From Nymphaea colorata (Eukaryota): a stretch of 64,000 nt of DNA. The translations under genes were made by a program, and so were the position numbers. The notes under the pieces were generated by a model. It did no database searches and had not been told where the DNA came from. It was given only the letters and a program-made list of their open reading frames with translations. Shown piece by piece: positions 40,424 to 54,602 of this stretch. The stretch is from assembly GCF_008831285.2 (NCBI RefSeq), contig NC_045138.2, positions 9,610,001 through 9,674,000 on the forward strand, given 5' to 3'. Position 1 is the first letter of the stretch. Each line of letters starts with the position of its first letter.

Positions 40424-43400
40424 TATATATATATATATATTAATTGGAATGTCTCAAATACATGCACTGAAGTAATTGTTGGGTTTCATTATGGTTCCAT
40501 GCATTTTCCATGTTATTTATTTAACTTCAACCACCTCCATTTTGTAAAATATGGACAATAGAAAAATATTTTCTGCTCTACATTATTGATGCCAATTGCC
40601 ACCAAATAGCAGTGTATTTTTTGCCCCTACATGTTGGCGGAAAGACTTCGACCGTTGCCCCATCTTTGATGGAAAATCATCATCATTATTGAATGTGTTA
40701 ATAAAGTCATCTATAACTAACCTACATGCTTGTTTGGTCATACAAAATAAAATTTGTCTAATGAGTATGCCTCCTGTTCAATTAAAACAAACCTTTATTT
40801 ACCAAAACATGGTTCGAATTTCTACTTAATTCAAAAATACGCACATGTCTAAAATTTTAGACTGCTGTTTTTCTTTTTGGAACTCAAGTTGGTCTTTATT
40901 ATTATTATTCTTATTATTATTGTTGTTGTTGTTGTCGTTATTTTACATAACTTCACGATAGATTTGAAATTAACGAGGCAAAATTTTGAACTGCTAACTA
41001 GATAGCATGGTTGCCGAAAGGGATGTGGGGCAACTGGTTGGGTCATTGGTTAGAATGAGCCCAATCACTGCTTCAAATCACAGTGGCACTCACTGCTTGC
41101 GAAAATCAACACGTACCGGGACCAAGGAAGTAGGGAATGGTTTTGGCGGTTTTATTTTGTATGTGAGCGACCAAGTTTCTTAAACAGATGTGGCAAACAC
41201 AAAACTAAAAACAAAAAAACTACAAATTGTTGTTAAGCGTACAAAAACATAGAGTATTCTATTAGAGCAAGTGTCGCTTTGTATTAGCATAACGTTCAAG
41301 GGCTTTGAAGGGCTGTACTATTCTAAATAAAAATGAAGGGCTGTACTATTCTAAATAAAAATAAAACTATGAAAGGTTAGATGTAACATGGATTTGAAAT
41401 CCGATTTACTCCAAATAAAATTAGGTGGGCCTTTTGAATTATAAGGGTTTTTTTGGTGTAACGATAAAATCACTTTTAAAAAAAATTCAAAAAGAAAACT
41501 TTAAGAATATGGACCATCCAATCACAACTAACTCTCGCTCGCCACTTGGCCCAAAAATTCAAAGTTATTTTCAAAGACGTGAAATGGGGACGGAATCTTT
41601 ACCACAACAGGAGAAAAGGACGACAATAATTGACGCCCCGCTCTTTTAAAACCTTCCTTGCTTTGCCCTTTTCTCTTTTATAATTTATTTTTACAGCTGG
41701 AAAAATAGATATTGATGCCTTCTTTTAATAATTTATTCTGGAAGACTCCAACGCATTTTCAAAACTACAGAGCCACACGGCATTCATCCTGTGGTAGGGT
41801 ATAGATCCCCCCATGTTTTTCCTTATTCATCACCTCTTTGTCCTTTCTTTCATGTGCGCTTTTTTTTTTTTTTTAAAAAAAAAAAAAAGGGTTTAGTCCT
41901 TTGCCTTGGGAAAAAGTGCGTTTGGCGGAGGCCCACACTTTTTTGACTGTTAGGCACAACCCGATCTATCATGATAAGGGTCGCAAGGTGCATGTCATGC
42001 CTAAAGTGCACTACTTAATTTTGCCTAACCCACTTACATATTTCTCAATCTCTTTTTTCCTAAGTTATTTGAGTATTTTGTAAGCTATAACTTCATTTTG
42101 CTGCACTCGCATGTTTCTCAATCTCTTCTTTTCCTAAATTGTTTTACTATTTTTTAAGATATAACTTCATAGAGTTTTTTTTTTGGTGTAGTTTATAATC
42201 AAGAGAAGCCAACTTGGGTTGAGAGACTTTATTGCTTGTTGGCATCATAAAACTCTGAAGTTTAAGGAGTTGATGTCTATGAGAATCAAACTAGCGGCTA
42301 ACTTTTTATGAGCCGTTAGCTCAACCAGTTCAATTTATGAGTATTAACCTAGTTGGTTTTCTGATTTAACAAGCATCAAAGTATTTATGTGGCAACATTA
42401 ACTGCAGAAATAAGTTTTTTTTGTTGTTGTTGTCAATGTTGGTATTTGGGATCACATCAATTTGCTCCTTGTGGGGCTTTGACCAATATGCATGGATTCA
42501 TGTCGAACCATTTTTTATTGAAAAATTAATTAATAAGTAATTTAAAATAGTTTTGGGTGAGGGAGAGGTTAACAACCCACTGCTTGAAAAAGAGGCCCAA
42601 AAGCCCTCCTCACGACAAATTTTTTCTGTCTTTGAAGTCATGACTGTATTAGGGTCTAGGTGAGTTAAGCTCAATAGAGTGCCCCTACCATTAGGGCCCA
42701 AGGGAGTAGTGCCCACATAAATAGACGCAGAGGATGTGTCATCAACATGTACCATACCTCGATGAGTACCCTACCCTTACCAGCTATGCTAGGCCCTTTG
42801 AAACAAATACTTTAAAATTAGTTAAGAAAAATGAAAAGAACATTATCTTTCCAACCTCCCTAACATCGTTTGTTGATACTTGATAATGAGACCTTTTTTT
42901 CCCACAAGTATGAAATGATTCAGGTGAAGGCTTGGCTTGTACTGTGACATCATAACTTATGGTGGCAAGACCTTCACAATCATCAACCAAGCTACCAACG
43001 AAAAAGAACAAGAAGATTGTCCGTTGCAATCAATACATTATTTTATTCATTAGTTGCTGTATTATTGAGTCGCACATGACTGAACACCCTTCATAGAGTA
43101 TGGATCGAGCCACTAATTTATCATAGCATCAAAATTTGAATCTTATTTGAGGGGCTTTGTTAACTGCAGATCTCGGATTTATGGTGTTCTCCGATCATGG
43201 GGGAGGCGAAGATCGCCGATATGTGATTATGATCCGTCCGATCACTCCATCTCTCCCACAAAAACCGGACTTCAGGTCCGTGTTTCTTATAAATCCATGG
43301 GGGCATAAATTTCAAAGCAGCCGTAGATCTCATATCCAGGCCTATCGAACATAGCATGAGGTTGATTAGTTTTTTGTCATGAGATGTAACTATACTACAT

Positions 43401-43563
43401 TATGTTCATGATCTAGTGTTGTATATTTTCTCTTCAATAAGAAAATCATTTATAAGTCAGCTTTTGTTTGGAACTTGAAAAACAGTACTCAGATTCTTTT
43501 TCCCTATAAAACTCTAGTAACAATGTCTCCAAGGCCTAGCTTAGGCTTATGCGGGAGGCGGAC

Positions 43564-46500
43564 TGTTGAAAGTAATCATTTCAGCCAGCGCAGCATACTC
43601 AACGGCTCCTCTCAATCTTGCCTTTTGAAGCCCATTGAACGTTGGAAGGATTATTGCCATTCTCGTTAGTTTCCTCAATAATCTTTATTCCTGTATGTAA
43701 AGTTCGTCAAACGTTCATATTGATCATATATTATATATGTCCTTGTAAATCAAAGAAAAAAATAGAGAAAAAGAAAATAGAGGAAAGCAAAGAGCTGCTG
43801 CTCTGGTGTTCTTCGTGGATGTAGGTCTATGAACCGAACCACGTAAAATTTGTGTTTCAATTCTTCATCCTCTTCCTCTCTCCCATTTCAACATGGTATC
43901 AGAGCGTTCCTCCTGTCCATTGCCGGAGATCTAACCGCTGCACCTAATTTCAACAGAAAAGGGGGTTTTCTGATCAGACCTGATTTTCGACAACTGGAGG
44001 CCGTCCGGTGGGCAGAGACGATTCCGTTAGCTCCTTTCATCTAGCGGAACAATCTGCTGCATTTTGACGACAATCAAAGCAGATCTGCCTAGCTCACCGG
44101 AGCATATCGGAGTTGGGTGGAAATCAGAGGCGCAACAGGAAAACTCCACCAGCGCGACTTCTATTTCTGGCGAGAAGAAAATCTTCACGCGTTTTTCCCT
44201 GGAGAGAGATCTCGGCCAGATGAGCGTCCAATACTCATCATCTCAGCAGCCCTCAGTCCAAATCTCATCTCATTTGGAGGTCTGGGTGTTTTTTAAGGAT
44301 TTTTGGAGTAGCAACCTACCCTGGCGTCCCCCTGTTCATCATCTATAGCAGAACCTACCCTGCGACTGCAACAGATTGAGGACTTCAAGTGCGTCGCGTT
44401 TCCTGTAGGGAGCTCGGTTGGAGCTCATCTTTGGGGCATTTAAACATAACTATCCAAGGGTGCTGTGGACCTATTTTCAGCGCAATCGGACCTCCGATTG
44501 ATTTTTAATGAATTTTTGAGTGCGGAGCAAGCCTGATCGCTGGATCAGCCCTGTTCATCAGTGGGTTAAATCCCAATATCCGAAGGAGGAGATAGGAGCG
44601 ATAGCTGCCACCAGCGTCAATCAGTGCTTGCTTCACCATGACAGAAGATTCAAGTGTTGGAACCACCACCAGAGTGGTAGAAAAAATTATCGTGCAGGAG
44701 CAACCAAGCCCTGCAAACAAGATTACTTTTGTACTTCTAAATGGCAGCAACTATTTGGCTTGGTCCAAATCGGCGATGCTCTATTTAAGTGGCAGAAACA
44801 AGCCGGATTTCATCACCGAAGATCTTCCAAGACCTGCTGAAACAGATCCGACTTATAGAGAATGACGATCCACCAATCATCTCATAATGTCCTGGTTAAT
44901 TAACTCTATGGAGCCTAAAGTCGCACGAGGATTCTATTTCGCAGAAACTGCTCATCAAATTTGGAGAGAGGCAAAAGACCTCTATAGTGAAAAAAACGAC
45001 ATTGCTCGTATGTATCAACTCTCTCAAGGTATTCGGGATCTCAAAAAGCACAACAAAAATTTTGGGGACCTGCTAGGCGACATTCAAGGTATGTGGGATG
45101 AACTTGACTATCTTATGGATATGTCAGCTACACTTAGATCTCGAGAAAAGTTGCGTGAACAGCAAAAAATTTTTGAGCTTCTTGCGACTCTTGGCCCAGA
45201 GTATGAACCCATCCGAAGCCAAATTTTAATGTCCCTGGAGCTTCCTTCTCTTAGCACTGTTTGCTCAATTCTTATGAGAGACGAATCCAGAAAAAAAGTT
45301 ATGTTTCAAAATTCTGATTCTTTTAAAGAGAACTCTAGCAATATAGAACATGTTGCCTTCTATGGAGCCGATAAAAGCAGTGAACATAACTGAAAGAATC
45401 GTCCAAAACGATTTTGTTCTCATTGCAAAAAGGAGGGTCATACCAAGGAAAGGTGTTGGTTCCTCCACGGAAAACCCACCACCATGAGGACAAAAAAAAG
45501 AGAGAAGGGGAGCACCACTACCGTAGCCAATGTTGCAGCCAAAACTCTTGATACTTCGGATCTTCCTCAGCTGTCGGAAAAAATAAACGAACTGCTGAAA
45601 AATGTCAAGAATCACGATGATAAAGAACATCAAAACAGTACGGCAGCTTCAGCAAATGCTACTGGTAACGCTTTTACTTCACTCAAATCTGATTATTGGA
45701 TTGTCGATTCTGGAGCTAGTGATCATATATCTATGAACTGCCATAACCTTAGTAATTATTCTTCTATGACTAGAAAAAAAATCTGTTGTTATTGCTAATG
45801 GTTCTTCTATGCATGTTCAAGGAGAAGGAGAATTAGATACTCTTTATATGCCAGATCTCTCGACCAACTTGTTGTCCGTTTCAAAAATTGTTAGAGATTT
45901 AAATTGTCAAGTTATTTTCTCTCCCACTAACGTTGTTTTACAGGACCCTATATCGAAGAGGAAGATTGGTGAGGGAACTCACGAAAACGGGCTATACATG
46001 CTGAACATCAATGAATATGCCTTGACTGCCCAAATCAACCGAGAATGTAAACTTTGGCATCGGAGACTTGGTCACCCATCACGTCGTGTTTTGAATGTTT
46101 TGTTACCAAATTTGAATTATGACTCATATGTTTGTGAAACTTGCAAGTATGCTAAAATGTCTAGACTTCCATTCCATGAATCCTTAAACAATGATATGTT
46201 TCCTTTTGATCTTGTTCATACCGATGTGTGGGGGCCAGCCCCCGTGAAATCTTACTCAAATTTTCGGTATTATCTCACTTTCATTGATGATTTTTCAAAA
46301 ACCACTTGGATTTATCTACTAAAAACCAAGGATGAAGTTTTTGCAAAATTTTTAGAATTTTACAAAATGGTTGAAACTCAATTTGCAACTCATATAAAAT
46401 GTCTTAGATCCGACAATGGTACGGAATATAAAAACCAATTCTTTGAACAATTCAAAAAGGAGAGCGGGATGGACCATCAATTCACCTGTGTAGATACACC

Positions 46501-49181
46501 CCAACAAAATTGGGTGGCGGAACGGAAAAATCGTCATCTTCTAGAAACGACTAGGTCTTTACTATTTGATATGAATGTTCCTAAACATTTTTGGAGTGAT
46601 GCAGTTTTGACAGCATGTTATACTATCAATCGCACACCCACAAGAATTCTTGCTGGAAAAACTCCTTTGGAAGCCCTCATGAAAAAGAAATTTAAAGTGG
46701 ACCACATGAGAATTTTTGGATGCACTGTCTATGTCAAGAGTAAAGCTGCAGACAAACTCAGCCACAAAGCAAAAAAATGTATTTTCTTGGGCTACTCATC
46801 AACAAAAAAGGGGTTTAGGTGTTATGATGTTACCGCCAAGCAGATCCATATCTCTTGCGATGTAGTTTTTGATGAAAAAATGTCTTATTTCTCTCACGAT
46901 GCAAGGCAAGGGGAGGATAGTTCCAAGCACGACATCATGGTCACACCCAACAGTCTATCATACAATGATTTTGATATCACCATAACCCATCATTGTAGTG
47001 ACCTTGAAGGAAGAGAAATCGTTGAAAACCTTGAACTGATTCTAACAATACGGAAGCCTCTTTTGAGCCTCAAGCAGATCAAAACAATGAAATTGGAGCT
47101 ATAGATCCTATTGAACCTTACTTGGAAACTTTAGAATCTCACCTGTCTGAACCCACTCTAAGGAGATCTTCTCGAAACATTCAGCCACCTAGACATTTGA
47201 AAGACTTTGTCACCAACATCGTTGTTTCTCATCCTTTGGAAAAATATTTGAGTTATAGCAATCAACCCAAACACCATGTGGCCTTCCTTAGTCGCATTGA
47301 AAAACAAAAAGATTCTACTACATACCAAGAAGCCAAAGACCAAAAAATATGGGTTGAAGCCATGCATGAAGAGCTAGATGCTCTCCACAAAAATTGTACA
47401 TGGGAACTTGTAACTCTTCCAGTGGGAAAACGTGCCGTTGGGTGCAAATGGATTTTCAAAACCAAGTACAAGAGTGATGGCTCCATTGAATGCCACAAGG
47501 CACGCCTGGTTGCTAAAGGGTATACTCAAACACAAAGGTTAGACTACGAAGAAACTTTTGCTCCTGTTGCAAAAATGACTACCATCAAAATCTTCCTATC
47601 AATTGCTTGTAATTTTGAATGGCCTTTGTTTCAGTTAGATGTGAAGAATGCTTTTCTACAAGGCGACCTTCAAGAATAAGTATATATGAACTTGCCACCA
47701 GGCCATCTTATGGAATGCACTCCAAGTCTTGTTTGCAGACTCAAGAAGTCGATTTATGGATTGAAGCAATCTCCTAGAGCCTGGTATCAAAAATTGATTG
47801 ATGCAATGGAAAACAAAAAATTCATCAGATGCTACTCAGATAATTCAGTTTTTATCAAGAGATCAGACGATAAAATTGTTGTTGTATTGATTTATGTGGA
47901 TGACATAATAATTACAGGCAACGATGAACAAGAGATGGATCACACAAAGTGGTATTTTCACAATACGTTTGAAATCAAAGACTTGGAGAGACTAAAGTAC
48001 TTTTCGGGAATCGAAGTTGCTAGATCCAAGAAAGGTATCTTTCTAGACCAACGGAAGTACATACTTGATTTACTTAAAGAAACGAGGAAAACAAGTATCA
48101 GGCCAGCATATACGCCCATAGAAGTCTACCCTAAACTTGACAATACCAAGGATGAACCTATTGAAAATGTGACAAGCTATCAAAGACTTGTGGGTAAATT
48201 AATCTATCTTACTGTCACACGACCTGACATCAATTATGCAGTCAGTCTGATAAGTCAACATATGCATTCGCCTAAAGCAGTTCATGTCAAAGCTGTTGAA
48301 AGAATTCTCAGATACTTGAAGAAGACTCTAGGACAAGGTTTGTGGTACAAAGTGAATGTGCATGTTAACATACAAGGTTACTCAGATGCAGACTTGGCTG
48401 GTGCTTCAGATAGAAGATCGATGACAGGTTATTGTGTGTATGTTGGTGAAAACCTAGTTTCTTGGAAAAGCAAAAAACAACATACTGTTTCCAGATCCAG
48501 TGCTGAGGCTGAATACAGGGCAATGGCGACTACCTCAAGCGAGCTCATTTGGATAAAATCACTCATCCAAGAACTTGGATCTGTTATCAAGTCTCCCATT
48601 CCAATGCACTGTGACAATCAAGCTGCAATTCATATAGCAGCAAATTCAGTTTTTCACGAACGCACCAAACATATAGAAATTGATTGTCATTATGTACGTG
48701 AAAAGGTCCAAAAAAGAGATATTGAAACTCCATATATTAGAAGCACAGAGCAGCTGGCCGATGGATTTACTAAGGGACTTCCTACAAAGCAATTTGACGA
48801 TATTAAAAGCAAGTGGGGCTGTTTGAATCTCTACGCCCCACTTGAAGGAGAGTGTTGAAAGTAATCGTTTCAGCCAGCGCAGCATACTCAACGGCTCCTC
48901 TCAATCTTGCTTTTTGAAGCCCATTGAACGTTGGAAGGATTATTGCCATTCTCGTTAGTTTCCTCAATAATCTTTATTCCTGTATGTAAAGTTCATCAAA
49001 CGTTCATATTGATAATATATTATATATGTCCTTGTAAATCAAAGAAAAAATAGAGAAAAAGAAAATAGAGGAAAGCAAAGAGCTGCTGCTCTGGTGTTCT
49101 TCGTGGATGTAGGTCTATGAACCGAACCACGTAAAATCTGTGTTTCAATTCTTCATCCTCCTCCTCTCTCCCATTTCAACA
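43564..49181 (+). mobile_element. Full-length young Ty1/copia element (Ale-like), 5618 bp
   Basis: LTRs 43564-43893 (330 bp) and 48853-49181 (329 bp) differ by 6 substitutions and 1 indel. Perfect TSD CGGAC (43559-43563, 49182-49186). PBS TGGTATCAGAGC at 43894-43905 and PPT GAAGGAGAG at 48844-48852. Confidence 0.97.
44638..48858 (+). pseudogene. Copia gag-pol with 3 premature stops and 2 frameshifts
   Basis: gag LNGSNYLAWS and MSWLINSM, zinc knuckle CSHCKKEGHTKERCW, protease WIVDSGASDH, GAG-pre-integrase LWHRRLGHPS, integrase DVWGP..FIDD..SDNGTEY, RT IYVDDIII, RNase H YSDAD..EAEY..CDNQAA. Stops end at 44865, 45393 and 47679; frameshifts near 45780 and 47040. Confidence 0.95.
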
Positions 49182-49734
49182 CGGACATTCGAGAGCCATT
49201 TGAATTTTTATAGGTTTTTCAAGCATAAAATTCACTTGCAAACATGAGCTAAATGAAATATGACCCTGACTATCACGGTTTCACATGATATGAAAAGATA
49301 TTAACGAATTCTTTTCATTATAATTTTAATTGGGATGAAATGTTATATCCTTAAATTAGGTGAAAATTGTTGTAACCTGAGTAAGTTAAATTGGGGGCCT
49401 TTGAGTCCTTTTCAGTTGGTGGGTTGTTAACCTTTTGATCACCCAAAAAATATTAAAGTATTACATATAATCTACTCATCCAGCAATGTACTTCTTACGT
49501 TATATCACTTAAAGCCCTTTTTTCCTAGTAAATAGGAAGCCCTCTTGTTTTTATTTCGTGGGAGAGAGAGAATGATGCAATGTTTCCCCTAGACGTCATT
49601 ATTATATTTGAAGATTATCAAATATATTTATAGTGGTTGTTTGATAATAAAAATATCATATAGCATAGAGATTATGACAGATTCATACAACATTAGATTT
49701 ATTGTTGCATGAATCTGCTTTAATAGGGCAGATT

Positions 49735-51008
49735 TGTGAGCCCCTTACAAAATATTATTGCGCCCAACTACTTCATAGTCACAATTTGTTCTGAAGAATT
49801 TCAATAGTTCAAATTCATTCATTAAACAAACACTATATTTTAGTTTCTCTCCGGTCCTCTCCAAGTTTTGTCGACGGTGCCCTTTTATCGTGGTCCCGGA
49901 TGGCGATGGTGACGATCCTCTTGCTAAAAGCTTGGGTACCACAGGGGACATAGGCCTGTGGGGGTTTGAAATCAATGTCATCAATCTCGAGAATGATTTG
50001 CTTATCTTGTAACACGTCACAACCAATGGATAGGACGAAGAACAAACACGGGAGAGACCCACCCTATTTCACCAGATTCTGTTGATCGCTTGACAGCGAC
50101 AATAGCCAAAACACTCGAGCTTGTCCGATTTGTGTGATTGGTGGCGCGGCGCGCTCCCCATGAAGTTTCTGTTTGCTTTTGCTGGCAGATTCCTGGAAAG
50201 GAGCCTGTGACCTTGGTTCAAACCTGGGAAAGGAAAGCCTTCCTCACTCTCAAGAGGAATGATAAAAAACAATAGCCACAGAATAAATTTTCTGATTCGA
50301 ATATCCGCGTCAAGGGCGGGACAGGGCGTCCCCGTTTTCGAGAGGTGACGAGACGCCCTGTCCAAGCCACCGACGCTCACTGACTTTGAATCCTACCACC
50401 ACACTAGGGGTGCGACAGAAACAAAAACAGGGACTGAGTATTGTCGCGAGGCTTGGAAAGAGATGGGTTTGGAAGAGACTGGTGGTCTCAAAACTTTTGT
50501 TGCAGAAGGGTTTTATGTCTCGTTTTATATTCCCTTAGCTTTGCCAACAAATGGACCCCAACTTCAAGCCCTGTCAGCCATTCCTGTTGACATATCCGAT
50601 AATTTTTAGGGGTTTTTTCTAATTTCATTCGTTGCTTTTAAGCAAACGACAAATTCGTCTAAGCTTGCTGGCGATTGACAAACCCATCATTCGGGTGATG
50701 ACCCGTGTTAGGCAGACCCCAGCTTATGACCTTCTGATCCAATCCGCCGCTAATAATGGCAGCTTATCATCTGACACTCTGAGTTCGTATGAGTTTTGGG
50801 TGAGGGAGGTCATCCCACAGCCTAGACGAGAGCTGAATTTCTTCCTCATTTTCATTGCCATCAGGTCGAGAGATGCGTCCGTACTATGCGGTGGGATAGC
50901 AGCATTCTTCAACTTGGATAAAAAACCTACCTCTCTTTTTTGGTGCAAGAACATAGCGACTTGGATATAAAACCTATAACCTCCCTTGGGTCAAACTGGG
51001 GATGTACA
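49735..51008 (-). mobile_element. LTR-like remnant (possible gypsy solo LTR)
   Basis: Bounded by TGTGAGCCCC (49735) and GGGGATGTACA (51008), with an alternative end GGGGTGCGACA at 50417. TATA-like motifs on the minus strand and higher GC than the flanks. No TSD or PBS found. Confidence 0.4.
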
Positions 51009-52224
51009 GCACAAGTGCCCTTTTGAGCTATGCCCCTTGGGATGGGCTCATATGAGTTTAAAAAATGATTGCATGTTACCCACTTAGTTCATTCATTACT
51101 TTTCTTAGGAAAAATTACAAAAGCATGCCCAGCAAATGGGCTAATGTCAGATGGGCACCAACTTTTTAAAGACATCAAGTACGTCCTTAACCTTTCCAGC
51201 AAATTCACTGACGGTCAGTTTTCCAAATCAAACATTTAAAAGTACATACAAATACAATGACAGAAACACCCTGATGAGGTCACCTAGGTGGCTCTAAGGG
51301 TGGAATGTCACTTGGTCTAATCAAACAGAGACAACTCCCGTTATGGTCCCCACTTTTATTTACATGTAAAAGTTTTGTTCTACATATAGACTGTTTAAAT
51401 GGGAATTATTTCTTGTACTCCCATCTGTTTTTTTGAATGCTGTAATTTGAGAGACGAGACGAGACCTGTTGATACAAGACCATTCTTGGTGCCTTCACTA
51501 AGAGTAGACAGATCAATGACTATACTAAGTGTTCTAAATCTAGATTTAGATGTCGTCCATATCATAAGAAAGCAAACATATCCTGAATATGAAATAAAGC
51601 AGTTTTAAAATCTAATTAGATCCTCATAACGATGTGAACAAAGGAAAATCAAGCTGAAATTTGTTCATGTCCAGTTCATCCTTGATCCAATAAAAACATG
51701 AAACTATATGTAGAATGATGCATGCACAACTGGACCACTTGAAATCCAGTCTCTAAATGGTTTGAACTGAGGGATGTGAACCTAGAATTGGGAGGTAAGA
51801 TTCAAATCCAAGAAGTTGATTTTGATCCAAAAGACTTAGTTCAGCTCTTCATGATTCATATAAGATCTTGATTCTACACTACCAGAAAATTTATCTGCAG
51901 CAACAGCAAAAACCGTTGCTAAAAACTCCCACAACCATCCTCAAAGCTTTTAGCGATGGTTCGAAACCATTGCTAAAGTAAACAACAACCAAAGCTATTA
52001 GGCCTGTGCATAAAAACCTTTAGCCAGGGATTTTTACCTGTAGCAATGGTTTTCATATATATATATATATATATATTTATAAAGAGAGAGCTAATCCAAA
52101 AAATTAGATTAATCTCTGTTATCATTTATCACAAAAAATTGTTCGGTACAAAAATAGTGAGGCTGGATTTGATCGCAAATGACCTCCCTCGGTACTTACA
52201 TATTTAAAAGCATCTTACTGGCAC

Positions 52225-52398
52225 TCAAGCTTGTTCTGTCGCATTTATGTTGTCCTCAATATTCACATTGACTTCAGGGAAGAGACGGGCAATGGCACAG
52301 TCATCTAATTCATATGCGGGATGGTTACGCCTCCATCCTCTGTACACTCCAGCGGAGATCTTGCAGCTGAAGAATTGATTCTTTCCGAGTACGGATCC
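52225..52398 (-). pseudogene. Fragment resembling the C-terminus of a clade-E PP2C protein phosphatase
   Basis: Two adjacent frames read SSAARSPLEC and RGWRRNHPAYELDDCAIARLF. This resembles the clade-E PP2C end (recalled pattern SSAARxLVExAVRAWRxKYPxxxVDDCAVVCLF) with a small frameshift. Preceded by the acceptor TGCAG. Confidence 0.55.
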
Positions 52399-54602
52399 CT
52401 GCATTTAGAGAGAAAAAATAAAGATTTCTTCAATAAGAAGAGATACTTATAAAAGAAACTTGTAATCACCATTCAAAATGAAAAAACTTATTGCTTAATT
52501 CACAGGCCCTGAAGGGGTAGCGTGAACTAGTCAATTAAGAGTAGGTCTAACTTAGGTAGGTCGTATCATAATTTTTCTCCTTTTAAGCTTCATACATCAG
52601 AATTAATAATATTTGATGGGAGCTACAAACAATTAAAAATACAACAATGCATCAAGGCACAACTGATTATGCTAGTGCTAACTAAATATAAGGAACAAGA
52701 TTTCTGTAGGAAAAAGAGAAGGAATTGCTGGTAAAAGATTCCATATTTGCCTCCTGAGAGAAGGTTCTGGCCTTTGCCATGAGAGAATCATTCAATTGAT
52801 GAGAAAGACTCGATTTAAGAACAAAGAGCCTGAGTACTGACCTGGTTGTGCACCTCCCAGTAAGAGGACAGCAGTGCAGCAGAGCAGAAAGAAGAAACCA
52901 TGTAACCAGCAGTTCCTTTTCTTTTTTAAGAAGATCAAAGCCTTGGAATAACCAGCAATTCCTCCACTTTCTTTAATATGTGCAGAGAGATATATGAGGG
53001 GAGAATCTGAGATGAATTAAAGTAAATCCAATGCTTATTGTTGGCTCATATTGCAGGATGTTTATTGGTGCGCATGGAGGATTTGAAGATTTTGGTTGTC
53101 TTTGAACTACGGTAGACGGTGTCCAGGTTCTTTTTGAAGTGCTTCAAAGAACCCAACATTCCTCTTGCAAAATGTACCATATTGTGGTACCCATGCAAAC
53201 CAGTAGAAGCCTACCTGATAAGAGCTCTTTTTGCCCCACCAAAGGCAACTTCTATTGACCTCAAACCCCTAAATTAAGATTCAACAAGAAATCTCTACAA
53301 GCTAACCACTCCTAGAATGATGAAACCAAGAGACAAAATCCATTAAATATCCAAATTGAAACCAATAAAAACAGATAAAAGATACACTTCCAATCAACAA
53401 ACACAAGTTAGAAAACAAAGACAAGAAGATGAAGAAGAACAAGAACAAGAAGGTGGAAATCCTTACCCTAAAATCCATGAAAGGACCGAATCATATCTTC
53501 ACATAAAAAGCCATCACAGATGTGTCTACAAGAAAAACATTCCTGCAATTAAGGTTGCACCCTTCAAGATATCTAAAAAAACATGGCTAGAACGTAGGTA
53601 TAGTTTGATGCTTTTAATCGCAATAAGAGAAGAATCTGCACTATCATCAACCAACGATATGATTTCTTTGAACAAGGTATATGTGAAATTCATGTTAGTA
53701 TAAGAGAAGTTACAAAAACAACTATTGGTGTGACGTAAATAAGAAAACTGAACATTGATCCACATTAGGATTTCAATACCAAATAGTAAGAATAGGTTAC
53801 CATAAACAGAACACCAACCCAATCAAGAAATGCAGGGGATTCAATCCCAGAGTGTGCAGCTTCAGTAGCTATTGAAAAAGAACACCAACTGCTTTGTTGA
53901 CTATGGCCGTGAAAGCAAGATGCCGACTTCAAATGGATTGCAATTTTATCAAGTTCGAGAGAAATTATCGTAAAGACCTTTTCCATTAGTAGAAACATGT
54001 GCAATCAGACCACAAAAAAGAAAAACCAAAGAAGATCAAATAAAAATAGCAGCAGACTACACTTAATGCATGAAATGTTCAGCAGAATGTGAACACAAAA
54101 AAATATGATCTGATGCACCTCTTTCATCATTTGTAGAAAATGTGGGCCTAAAACAGGGTGTGAAACTCACTTGCAACATAATGAACAAAAAAATGGCAAC
54201 CTTGTAGGCATACCAACTCCCAAAATTTGAAAGAAGGGTCACTAAAAATATATAATAAGTTTCAAATGAAAAATGAAGCAGGCTTCACATAAAGAAATTA
54301 CGACACTGTGCTTATCGAATAAGATAACCACTTAACATCCTTGAAAGGAATAAGAATATTATACAAATAAGTATACCGTGGAGAAACATAGAGCGTTACC
54401 CTTGAAGGCTTTGAGAATAATTCAATGAAATAAACAAAAGAAAAGAAAATAGTACAAAAAAACAATATAAACAACCCTGAGGACTACTAAGAGCTTAGAA
54501 AGGTTAACCTTTTCAGCATGTTGCATCCACCCACATAATTAACATAGTTAGATTTATTAAACAAACTTCAAAGGCATATGAAAAAATTATGTGCAAACTA
54601 AA

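Noticed and set aside
41028..41100. tRNA/SINE-like A and B boxes
   Set aside because: The boxes are degenerate, with no cloverleaf, tail or TSD.
50632..50970. Overlapping ORFs as a gene or organellar insertion
   Set aside because: No recognisable protein or organellar motif; better explained as LTR-like sequence.
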